Below are positions 35,483-43,943 of a DNA stretch of 64,000 nt, in pieces. The stretch spans positions 215,863-279,862 of the forward strand of contig CAZAOT010000001.1 in assembly GCA_964487045.1 (NCBI GenBank), in the 5' to 3' direction. Origin of the DNA: an uncultured Candidatus Saccharibacteria bacterium. Its GTDB lineage: Bacteria; Patescibacteriota; UBA1384; DTJR01. Made by a program: the position numbers and the translations under genes. The notes beneath the pieces were generated by a model, which was not told where the DNA came from, did no database searches, and saw only the letters and a program-made list of their open reading frames with translations. Each line of letters begins with the position of its first letter. Positions within the stretch are counted from its first letter, which is position 1.

Positions 35483-36175
35483 TTGCAAAAGTTGATCGAT
35501 ACAGAATTCTTCAAGAAATGGACGCATGATAGTGCTTATCTAATCGGCTATATATGTGCTGATGGTTGTGTACATAAGCGATCCAACAGGAATAATAGCT
35601 ATATTCTAACGATCACATCAAAAGATAAAGATCATTTGCACAAAATCAACACCATATTGTCATCTAATTATGCTATTTCAAAAAAAATCGGCGGTAGTGG
35701 ATCGATTTCCTACAATCTAAGTATTTCAAACACTGAGCTTTGCCTTGATCTAATAAATCTAGGGATAACTCCTCGTAAGACTTTCACCATAAGTAAAGTA
35801 GACGTTCCGGACTCTTTATTCTGCGATTTTTTGCGAGGTTATTTTGACGCAGATGGATCGATCTACATCTATAAGGTTAATAATACTTGGCAACTCAAGC
35901 TAGCTTTGGTTTCAGCTAGCAAGAACTTTTTGGAATTATTAGAGAGGGAAATATCTTTCAGACTTCAACTAGAGAGAAAAAATATTTATACGTTTCAGGG
36001 CAAGGGCAAGAACAATCCATTGCACTCGCTAGTTTTTTATATAAATGATGGGCAAAAATTCTTAAAATTTATTTACAAAAATAGTCCCCATATTTTTTTA
36101 GAAAGAAAGTACGAAGTCTTTAATAAATGGAAGACCATCAAAAGACGTAGCTATATATTAACAACTCAAAGTTGA
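35483..36175 (+). CDS. LAGLIDADG homing endonuclease (two-motif)
   Basis: Motifs YICADGCV and FDADGSIY. TTG start with AGGGAGG 7 nt upstream. It lies 12 bp downstream of tRNA-Leu(TAA). Confidence 0.75.
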   Translation: MQKLIDTEFFKKWTHDSAYLIGYICADGCVHKRSNRNNSYILTITSKDKDHLHKINTILSSNYAISKKIGGSGSISYNLSISNTELCLDLINLGITPRKTFTISKVDVPDSLFCDFLRGYFDADGSIYIYKVNNTWQLKLALVSASKNFLELLEREISFRLQLERKNIYTFQGKGKNNPLHSLVFYINDGQKFLKFIYKNSPHIFLERKYEVFNKWKTIKRRSYILTTQS

Positions 36176-36277
36176 TACTTTTCTTACTCCCTTGATCAAT
36201 TTTTATAAAAATGTTATAATTTCTCTCTGTTGGCGCAAATGAAATTGGCCATTTTGTGGTCAGCTAAATCTGCGACA

Positions 36278-36508
36278 ATGGAGGGTGTTTCTGTGGAACA
36301 GGACATCGTATTCGTGTTCGAGGATAAGAAGTACAAGGTCAGCCATGATGCTTACATCCTGGGTCTGGCCATCAGGCTTCCGGATGGTCGCATGATCCGC
36401 CCGAACTACTGGGAAACAGGTGATCCCCCTGTTCCCAAAGGACTGGCGGTTTGTGGGATAGACGAGCATGTTCTTGCTGAGCTCGTCGAAGACGGGAGCC
36501 AGTCATAG
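36278..36508 (+). CDS. GC-rich cassette H: ~76-aa hypothetical protein
   Basis: TTGATC-17-TATAAT promoter at 36191-36219. The start is ambiguous (ATG at 36278 or the GTG 15 nt later after GGAGGG). A terminator follows (ggccgga...tccggcc + T-run). Confidence 0.45.
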   Translation: MEGVSVEQDIVFVFEDKKYKVSHDAYILGLAIRLPDGRMIRPNYWETGDPPVPKGLAVCGIDEHVLAELVEDGSQS

Positions 36509-36578
36509 ATCGCATCTGCAGCATTGTCTCCTGGCCGGACCCAAGCATCACGCTTGGCTCCGGCCTCTTCTTTTTTAG

Positions 36579-37115
36579 CTAGGTCTTATTTCTAGTTAGT
36601 TCTAAAACCTCATACAAAATAACACCTGCAGAGGTAGCCACATTTATTGAATTTGCTCGCCCTAACATCGGTAGTTCTACTGACAAATCGCACTCTTCAA
36701 GTACTTCTTTTGACACTCCCTTGCCTTCATGTCCGAGTACGATCGCAATCGGTCTTTTGTATTTAGCTTTTTTGTAGTCGATTGACTGGTCGGTTTGCTC
36801 TAAGGCTACAACTCGCACTCCTTCATCTTTCAACTTTTTAACAATCATTTTTGCACTTTCAGCGTACTCCCAATCTACCCATTCAACCGCTCCCATTGAG
36901 ACCTTGAAAATTTTGTTTCGCGGAGGTGTAGCGGTGATGCCGCAAAGGTAAATCTTTTTTACTCGTACCGCATCGCAAGTTCTAAAAATTGCCCCGACAT
37001 TTTCCATCGATTTAATATTGTCGAGAATTACATAAATCTCGTTTTTAGGGGATTTAGAAACTTGTCTAAGTCCACCTTTAAGTTTTTTGTTTTCTGCTTG
37101 TGTTCTTTGCCGCAT
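36579..37115 (-). CDS. SpoU/TrmH-family RNA 2'-O-methyltransferase
   Basis: SpoU motifs ...NVGAIFRTCDAV...LVLGHEGKG... Confidence 0.75.
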   Translation of the reverse strand: MRQRTQAENKKLKGGLRQVSKSPKNEIYVILDNIKSMENVGAIFRTCDAVRVKKIYLCGITATPPRNKIFKVSMGAVEWVDWEYAESAKMIVKKLKDEGVRVVALEQTDQSIDYKKAKYKRPIAIVLGHEGKGVSKEVLEECDLSVELPMLGRANSINVATSAGVILYEVLELTRNKT

Positions 37116-37130
37116 AGTTAGTAATTAAAT

Positions 37131-37400
37131 CAATTTTATTTATAAAAGTCAAAGATATTATATTCAAATAGTCGAAGAAGCGAGCTTGGAAGCGATAATA
37201 AATAAATGCTCTCCGAAGTTGAAAGCTGGAACTGATTATCTTGGCAAACTTGTCCAAGAATGAATTCCAGAAGGTTCAACAAGGAGAGCTTCATCAAGGG
37301 CGTTGCGAGGGTCAGGAATTCGTTAAAAACCTAGGGAACACACCGAAAGTGTGCCCTGGGTTGTTAACATTAACTGCGAGCCGAAGGCTCGCAAAGTAAT
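37131..37400 (-). repeat. copy 3 of the recurrent structured element, upstream of the native trmH-like gene
   Basis: Its reverse complement is about 85% identical to copy 2 (52555-52770) and shows compensatory stem changes. Confidence 0.7.
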
Positions 37401-37442
37401 AATCTATTGTTAAATGAATTTTTTTTAGTTAAAATCTAACTA

Positions 37443-38141
37443 ATGAGGAAAAAACTTCAATCATATCTAGCAGTAGTGCTTGCTATAGGCATTTTTGGGT
37501 TCGGAGTATATAAATATTTTCCGACCATTTTTGCTGATGACATTTATCCTCTTGAATACACTGAAGAAATCAATAAATGTGCTGATCTTTTCGGTCTAGA
37601 TAAGCCTCTGCTTGCTGCCTTAATTCTTAAAGAGTCTGGTTTTAATGCTCAAGCTGTATCTCGTGCGGGCGCGATGGGACTGACTCAGCTGATGCCTGCT
37701 ACAGCAAGAGGGCTTAACAATCGAGTTTTTGAAGGAAGATATACAGATTATTTTGATCCAGAATCTAATATTTGTATGGGCGCAGCGCACTTAGCTGGAC
37801 TTCTTGGCACCTATGATGGGGACGTAACTGCGGCGCTTATTGCATATAATGGTGGCGACGGCGCGGCTAGACGTTACTTGGCCGCTCGAGACACTTCAGT
37901 TTTAGTGACTGAAACCAGGCTTTATTCTCCTAAAATCTTGGCTGCTAGGGAAGTCTACGCTTCGATGTATGCCGATAGATTCACTCCGTCTAAGAGTGAA
38001 TTCAAGCTACCAGATCCGACGACCGGTAAAATTTATGCCCCGCAACTAGTCAACCTAAACGTACCAAGGCCCGAAGATAAAACCAAGGAATTCTGGAAAG
38101 GATTTTTGAAGGATGCCTTTGCAAGATTTGTCAAGAAATAG
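37443..38141 (+). CDS. lytic transglycosylase (SLT domain), membrane-anchored
   Basis: SLT motifs ES.FN..A.S.AGA.GLMQ and AYNGG. Confidence 0.75.
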   Translation: MRKKLQSYLAVVLAIGIFGFGVYKYFPTIFADDIYPLEYTEEINKCADLFGLDKPLLAALILKESGFNAQAVSRAGAMGLTQLMPATARGLNNRVFEGRYTDYFDPESNICMGAAHLAGLLGTYDGDVTAALIAYNGGDGAARRYLAARDTSVLVTETRLYSPKILAAREVYASMYADRFTPSKSEFKLPDPTTGKIYAPQLVNLNVPRPEDKTKEFWKGFLKDAFARFVKK

Positions 38142-39894
38142 TATCAGAGAAGCTTATTTAAAGTTTTTTGAAGGGAAGGGGCATAAACGATTGCCTTCTT
38201 CTTCGTTATTGCCAGAAAATGATCCGAGTGTTTTGTTTACAACCGCGGGCATGCAGCAGTTCAAGAGATACTATTTATTTCCCGATGAAGCACCAGCTAG
38301 TCGCATCACAACTTGCCAAAAATGTGTGCGAACTGGAGACATTGATGAAGTTGGAGATCAGACCCATCTGACATTTTTTGAAATGCTTGGCAATTTTTCG
38401 TTTGGATATCCCGAGCTAGAGGGGTCTTATTTCAAGGAGGAGTCGATTGGTTGGGCTTGGGAGTTTTTGACGGAAGTGCTCGGAATTGATAAATCACGAA
38501 TTTACGCAACCTATTTTAACGGAGAAAATGGAGTTCCAGCAGATGAGGAATCGCTCGAAATTTTAAAAAAAATTGATGGACTTTCGAAAATTGAGCCCCA
38601 GGGATTTGAGGATAATTTTTGGTCGCTTGGAACCGAAGGATCACCAGGTGGTCCGACAGTTGAATTCTATGTCGACGGGGTTGAGGTTTGGAATCTGGTC
38701 TTTAATGAGTTTGTGATGAAAAATAGTGTTTATGAACCATCGGAGCTAAAAGGTGTCGATACCGGCATGGGTTTGGAGCGACTTGTGGCGATGATGCAGG
38801 GTAAAAGTGATGTTTATCAAACTGATTTGTTCGAATCGATAATCAAAAGAATCGAAGAATTGACGAATTTAGAATATGGCGACATGGCAGATAGTGAATA
38901 TGAAGATTGTTGGGTAAACGTGCGAAAACAAATGCGAATTGTCGCTGATCATTTGCGATCAGCCGAGGCTATGATTGCAGATGGAGTAATTCCGTCAAAC
39001 AAAGATCAGGGTTACATTTTAAGGCGATTAATTAGGCGAGCGATTGTTCAGGGCAAGAAACTTGGGTTTGAAGATAATTTCACCGCCGAATTTTTCATTA
39101 ATGAGGAGATAAAGGCTGAATTAGAGAAGGAAGAGGCGAAATTTAGAGAGACGCTAGAAAACGGACTAAGAAAATTCGAGAAAAGAATAAAAGGTAGTTT
39201 CGGCCAGGTCGGTTTTGGTGAAAGCCAGATTGTAAAAGATGCTAGGCCAAGTATTTCTGGAGATGAAATTTTTGATCTTTATCAAACTTATGGCTTTCCG
39301 GTTGAGCTAAGTCTTGAGCTAGCGGAAGAGAAAAATATTATTTTAGCAGAAGGTGCATTGGAGATGACGAAAAAATTGATGCTAGAGCATCAAGAGAAAT
39401 CACGCACAGCTTCCGCCGGAATGTTCAAGGGCGGTTTGGCAGATAACAAAATCGAAACGACCAGACTGCACACGGCCGCGCATTTACTTCTCGCTAGCCT
39501 TCGTCATGAATTGGGTGATGAAGTTGAGCAAAAAGGTTCAAATATTACCGAAGAGCGACTTCGATTTGACTTTAATTATCCAGAAAAGCTAACGGATGAA
39601 CAAATTAAGAAAATTGAAGATTTAGTTAATTTGAAGATTGAGGAAGCGCTTCCGGTTACGATGCAGGAGATGGAGATCGAGCAGGCAAAATCATCTGGGG
39701 CAACAGGCTCATTTCATGATCGTTATGGCGATAAAGTGAAAATTTTTACAATTGGTGCGATGGAAGAACCATTCTCAAGGGAGATCTGCGGCGGCCCTCA
39801 TGTTGCAAACACATCTGAACTTGGTGTTTTCAAAATTACTAAAGAAGAATCATCATCAGCTGGCGTGAGAAGGATTAAAGCGATTTTGAACTAA
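38113..39894 (+). CDS. alaS: alanine--tRNA ligase, short form (catalytic and editing domains, no C-Ala domain)
   Basis: N-terminal AlaRS motifs (FTTAGMQQFK; TCQKCVRTGDIDEVGDQTHLTFFEMLGNFSFGY) and the editing HxxxH motif (HTAAHLL). Only 593 aa. Confidence 0.8.
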   Translation: MPLQDLSRNSIREAYLKFFEGKGHKRLPSSSLLPENDPSVLFTTAGMQQFKRYYLFPDEAPASRITTCQKCVRTGDIDEVGDQTHLTFFEMLGNFSFGYPELEGSYFKEESIGWAWEFLTEVLGIDKSRIYATYFNGENGVPADEESLEILKKIDGLSKIEPQGFEDNFWSLGTEGSPGGPTVEFYVDGVEVWNLVFNEFVMKNSVYEPSELKGVDTGMGLERLVAMMQGKSDVYQTDLFESIIKRIEELTNLEYGDMADSEYEDCWVNVRKQMRIVADHLRSAEAMIADGVIPSNKDQGYILRRLIRRAIVQGKKLGFEDNFTAEFFINEEIKAELEKEEAKFRETLENGLRKFEKRIKGSFGQVGFGESQIVKDARPSISGDEIFDLYQTYGFPVELSLELAEEKNIILAEGALEMTKKLMLEHQEKSRTASAGMFKGGLADNKIETTRLHTAAHLLLASLRHELGDEVEQKGSNITEERLRFDFNYPEKLTDEQIKKIEDLVNLKIEEALPVTMQEMEIEQAKSSGATGSFHDRYGDKVKIFTIGAMEEPFSREICGGPHVANTSELGVFKITKEESSSAGVRRIKAILN

Positions 39895-39926
39895 AAAAGA
39901 TACTGCCCGCCGATAGGCGGGCAGGG

Positions 39927-40544
39927 TCAATAGAGCAAAGTACTCGTACTGGTACGAAAACCAATACTCCACTCAAGGTCGGAATAGATCTTTGCTTCGA
40001 TTGAGCCGAAGCGCTGACATATACCAACCTGGAAGTCAAAGTCGTCTAGGTTCGAAACGTCCAGGAAGCCCCGAGCGATAAAGTCGGTGCTTGATGTGAG
40101 TTTGGCGATGCGCCATTTCGGCAGAGAAAGGAAACCGGTCGGGTGCGAGTTGGGTAGCGCGATCGGATAGAGGAGCCGCAAATCGATATTTCTATCGAGG
40201 TACTGCAGCCCTGCGTAGAACTCCTCTTTCTGGATTGGGTCGTATCCCATTTCCTTGTCTCGATCGGATTCCCAGATTCCCGGTACGATATCGAGCATAA
40301 AGCGGTACGACGAGCGCCAGTCTTTAGGGATTGGCCAGGAAAACCTGACGTTCTTGGTCAGTGAGGTTGACGATTCGTAGTCGATTTCGAAGAGGAATAT
40401 CTGATCGTAGAAGTATCCTTTGACCAGACCGTCGCTCCACTCGGCCCCGACTTCGAAGGGTCGGTTGTCAATATCCTGCGCCCAAAGCGGCGTCAGGCAG
40501 AGCACGGCTACCGCAAGAGCGGCTAAACGTGTCACGCATGACAC
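39927..40544 (-). CDS. GC-rich cassette I: secreted hypothetical protein with a signal peptide and a C-terminal aromatic residue
   Basis: AAGGAGG SD. A terminator ctgcccgcc-gata-ggcgggcag + T-run lies on the minus strand. Confidence 0.5.
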   Translation of the reverse strand: MSCVTRLAALAVAVLCLTPLWAQDIDNRPFEVGAEWSDGLVKGYFYDQIFLFEIDYESSTSLTKNVRFSWPIPKDWRSSYRFMLDIVPGIWESDRDKEMGYDPIQKEEFYAGLQYLDRNIDLRLLYPIALPNSHPTGFLSLPKWRIAKLTSSTDFIARGFLDVSNLDDFDFQVGICQRFGSIEAKIYSDLEWSIGFRTSTSTLLY

Positions 40545-40655
40545 CTCCTTAGGTTGGCTTACTAGCTACACTATAGCACTATTTAGCCCGTTAGAAATTG
40601 CCGACGCCTTGTATGCGCCGATATTGTGTATTTATATCTTAGTCGGCATCGATTT

Positions 40656-41483
40656 CTAACGGGCCGAGAAATATGTCTCTACAAACTTTTTTGCCGCTTT
40701 GAGATTTTTTATCACCGCTTCTTCGGTGATATTTCCCTTCTTATCAGCATACTGTTCGCACCAAAGTTCGATTGAAATTGGACCGAAATATTTATCGGCC
40801 CTTAATTGACGCAAAAATTTTTTAAGTGGTAATTTGCCCTTGCCGGGAAGGAGATGGCAGTCTTCAATATTACCCGGCTTTTTCGGACTTGGTCTCATAT
40901 CAGAGTCAGAAAAATGAACATGGCCGACTTTTTCTTTAATTTTTTCATAATACTGCATAATATCCATTTCGGCAGTTGCGATGTGGGATGTATCTAAATT
41001 TATAGACTCAAAAGCCTGCATCACGTCGAAGTGATAGCTCGGATTGAGAGTATTGCCAGAGGTGAAATCATCGCGTTTGGTCGCATTTTCAATCACCACT
41101 TTAACTGGTTTGGCAAGCTTGAAGACACTCTTTTGATTTTCAATCAACCAAGTGACGTATTGCGGATCAGAGTAATCCCAAGAATGCAAAATTAAATATT
41201 TTGCCTTCAGCTCCTTGGCGAGTTTAATCGATTTCTCGAGTCTATTTTTCCAGTCGCCCCAAGAATAAACAAATTCCATCGCTGAGTGAATTGATGTGAC
41301 CTTGAGGGAAAATTTTCGCTCTAAGCGTTTAATGTATTTGGAGTCTTGAGAGTCGAGTCGGTCATCGATAATTAATTCGATATTCTTAAATCCAGCTTTT
41401 TTCGCAACCTCAAAGAACCGGTATAGCCCATATCGGTGACAAGATCCGGTCGATAAAGTCAATTGATTTTTAAGTGTAGCCAT
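40656..41483 (-). CDS. sugar phosphate isomerase/epimerase (xylose-isomerase-like TIM barrel)
   Basis: AP-endonuclease-2/XylA-like TIM-barrel pattern in backbone composition. Confidence 0.6.
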   Translation of the reverse strand: MATLKNQLTLSTGSCHRYGLYRFFEVAKKAGFKNIELIIDDRLDSQDSKYIKRLERKFSLKVTSIHSAMEFVYSWGDWKNRLEKSIKLAKELKAKYLILHSWDYSDPQYVTWLIENQKSVFKLAKPVKVVIENATKRDDFTSGNTLNPSYHFDVMQAFESINLDTSHIATAEMDIMQYYEKIKEKVGHVHFSDSDMRPSPKKPGNIEDCHLLPGKGKLPLKKFLRQLRADKYFGPISIELWCEQYADKKGNITEEAVIKNLKAAKKFVETYFSAR

Positions 41484-41583
41484 TTGAGCAAAATATTACT
41501 AAAAATAAGGTTCAATGTAAACAAAACGGGCCACCCAAGCTATGCAAGGGTGGCCCGTAGAGGGTCCTGGTAGGTGGCTCTAC

Positions 41584-42246
41584 CTAGACCGGGTTGCCAT
41601 TGGCGTCAGCACCGGCGCCATCTGTGTTGACCGAGTAGTCGTTCTTCGTCTCGGTCGTGGTCGTGCGGGTGCCGGCGTTCGAGGCGTTGTCGGCCACGTT
41701 GGCCGTGCCACCCATGCTGCCTTCGGCGGCGGACGAGGTGGTGCCTCCCTCGGCCGAAACCGTCGGGGAAGCAGTGGCGCTCACGCCACTCACGAGCGGC
41801 CCGCTCCACAGCCCATTGGGCAGGGAGAGGGTCAGGTTGATCGTGGGCACAGTCGGCGGCTGACTGCGGAGAGCGTTCAGCTCTCGCCGCATCAGCACCA
41901 GCGCGATCAGGCCCGCGATAAGGCCAAGGGCCAGTCCGATGAGGACTGCCATGACCCAGGAGTTGTCCCGCCAAATCTGCTCCGCCGCCGCGACGGCCAT
42001 CGCCCAAGCCTCCGCGCGAGTCGCGTTGGCGTTGGGGCGGAGCGTACCGTCGGGGTACCCGTTCAGGTTCCCCTGACCGGTGCCCTTGTTCCATGTGGGC
42101 TGGGCCCAGGCGGGCGCGGTCTCACCGGTGTTGAGGTTCGTGAAGTTGATCGGTCCAGAGGAAGGGATCCACGGCCGATCAGTCTGAGCGAACGCGACGG
42201 ACGACAGGAGAACGACAGTGATCACGGCAATGATGGTGCGGGACAT
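41584..42246 (-). CDS. GC-rich cassette J: secreted protein with an S-layer-homology (SLH) domain, then a TM helix and a Ser/Thr/Gly-rich tail
   Basis: SLH signature GYPDGTLRPNANATRAE. The promoter TTGACA-17-TATACT (42381-42409, minus strand) is near-identical to the cassette F promoter. Terminator gggccaccc...gggtggccc at 41529-41557. Confidence 0.55.
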   Translation of the reverse strand: MSRTIIAVITVVLLSSVAFAQTDRPWIPSSGPINFTNLNTGETAPAWAQPTWNKGTGQGNLNGYPDGTLRPNANATRAEAWAMAVAAAEQIWRDNSWVMAVLIGLALGLIAGLIALVLMRRELNALRSQPPTVPTINLTLSLPNGLWSGPLVSGVSATASPTVSAEGGTTSSAAEGSMGGTANVADNASNAGTRTTTTETKNDYSVNTDGAGADANGNPV

Positions 42247-42380
42247 GAGTTGCCTCCCGGCAAGTGTAGTTGCCGCCTCTATACCGAGGTCGGCGTGTAT
42301 CTTTACCCCAGAGCCACCTGGGGATTAAGAACTAATTGTCAAATGCCACATTGATGAGCTTCTCACCAACGTAACGAAGC

Positions 42381-42650
42381 AGTATAGCACAAAATAGCTG
42401 TTTTGTCAATCCTGGAGCTAATTAATCGCCGAAGGCACCGCTTCCAAAAGATGATTTTTCGCTTCTTGCGCGAGTAGTGCCGCAAATCTGTCGGCTCGAG
42501 TGCTCCCGGGAAAGAAAAATCATACTTTTGAGCGTGTTGCGCTTTTTGAGTGGAGCAAAAAGCTAATCCATCAAACCTAGGAACTTGCCCGCAACAAGTT
42601 CTTGGGGTTTCGACATTAACTGCGAGCTTTTAGCTCGCAAAATTTCTTTC
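42381..42650 (-). repeat. copy 4 (partial) of the recurrent structured element, carrying the cassette J promoter
   Basis: Shares the terminal hairpins tgcgagc-N5-gctcgca and aaacctagg..cccgcaa..ccttggggttt, plus the promoter block. Confidence 0.55.
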
Positions 42651-42686
42651 TTTTTACTCTTTCATAAAAGTGCTAAAATAAAACAA

Positions 42687-43943
42687 ATGGGCATATTCGA
42701 TATTTTTAAGGGTTCAGAGGACTACTCTAATTACGCTATCTCGCTAGATATCGGAACTGAGTTTGTAAAAACGCTTATTTTTAAGGTTGAAGGTGATCAG
42801 GCTCATGTGCTTGGCATAGGCAAGCAGCGCCAAAGGTTAGCTGATATTCAGGGCGGAGTTGTCACCGATATTTATGGAGTAATTCGAAACTGCGAAACTG
42901 CGCTTGATCAGGCTGCTACTCAGGCTAAAATTCTGCCCCAACAGGTTATTATCGGTATTGCCGGAGAATTGGTCAAAGGTATTACGACCGATGTGAAATA
43001 CACCAGACCAGATCAAAACAAAAAAATCTCGATGGACGAGCTGACCGAGATCGTCAATCGCATCCAAAAACAAACCTATGACCGCGCTAGAAAAATTCTT
43101 GCTTATGAAACAGGTCATCGAGAAGTTAATGTAAAACTGGTTAATTCGGCGGTCGTGGATGTAAAAATCGACGGATATCACATTACCAATCCGCTTGGTT
43201 TTCAGGGAAAAGAGATCGAGGTTAGCGTCTTTAACGCCTTTGCGCCAAATGTTCACTTGGGAGCGCTTCAAACGGTCGCCGAGAGTTTGGATCTAGACTT
43301 GCTTTCGATCGCTGCCGAGCCATTTGCGGTTGCAAGATGTATGGGCTCAGATCAGGAAAGCGAATTTTCAGCTATTTTCATTGATATTGGAGGCGGTACG
43401 ACTGACATCGCTGTCGTTTCCAAGGGTGGATTGGTTGGAACAAAAATGTTTGCCTTGGGAGGTCGCGCCTTTACCAAGAGAATTGCCCAAGTTTTAAATG
43501 AACCATTTTTAGAAGCAGAACAGGATAAATTAGACTATACTGCCGGCAAATTGGCCAAGGAAAAGCTGGATATTGTCGAAAAAGCAGTCAAGCAGGATTC
43601 GGATGTATGGCTAGCTGGCGTGCAACTCACACTCGAAGAGTTTTCGGATTTAGAGTTACTTCCAAGTAAGATTTTGCTTTGTGGAGGAGGCTCTAATTTG
43701 CCAGATATAGAGAGGGTTTTGCTTGACGCAAAATGGGGGCGAAATGTCGCATTTGCCAAGAAGCCAAGTGTAGGATTTTTAAAACCAAAGAATGTCTCAG
43801 CGGTTGTCGATGATACGGGTGAGCTTAAGACCATCTCTGATGTTACACCGATGGCACTCGCAAATTTAGCCATTGATATGGTTGGCAAAGAAAAAGTAGT
43901 GGACGGATTATTCTCGAAGATTATAATGACTTTGAGGAGTTAA
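42687..43943 (+). CDS. ftsA: cell division protein FtsA-like (actin fold)
   Basis: Motifs DIGTEFVK..., IFIDIGGGTTDIAV and LCGGGS. The start is at MGIFDIF. Confidence 0.7.
   Translation: MGIFDIFKGSEDYSNYAISLDIGTEFVKTLIFKVEGDQAHVLGIGKQRQRLADIQGGVVTDIYGVIRNCETALDQAATQAKILPQQVIIGIAGELVKGITTDVKYTRPDQNKKISMDELTEIVNRIQKQTYDRARKILAYETGHREVNVKLVNSAVVDVKIDGYHITNPLGFQGKEIEVSVFNAFAPNVHLGALQTVAESLDLDLLSIAAEPFAVARCMGSDQESEFSAIFIDIGGGTTDIAVVSKGGLVGTKMFALGGRAFTKRIAQVLNEPFLEAEQDKLDYTAGKLAKEKLDIVEKAVKQDSDVWLAGVQLTLEEFSDLELLPSKILLCGGGSNLPDIERVLLDAKWGRNVAFAKKPSVGFLKPKNVSAVVDDTGELKTISDVTPMALANLAIDMVGKEKVVDGLFSKIIMTLRS

Noticed and set aside
41542-42354. 270-aa plus-strand ORF and 162-aa minus-strand ORF overlapping cassette J
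   Set aside because: They are Arg/Gly/Pro-rich low-complexity translations typical of wrong-frame GC-rich DNA. The minus-strand SLH-domain frame has a recognisable domain, SD and promoter.
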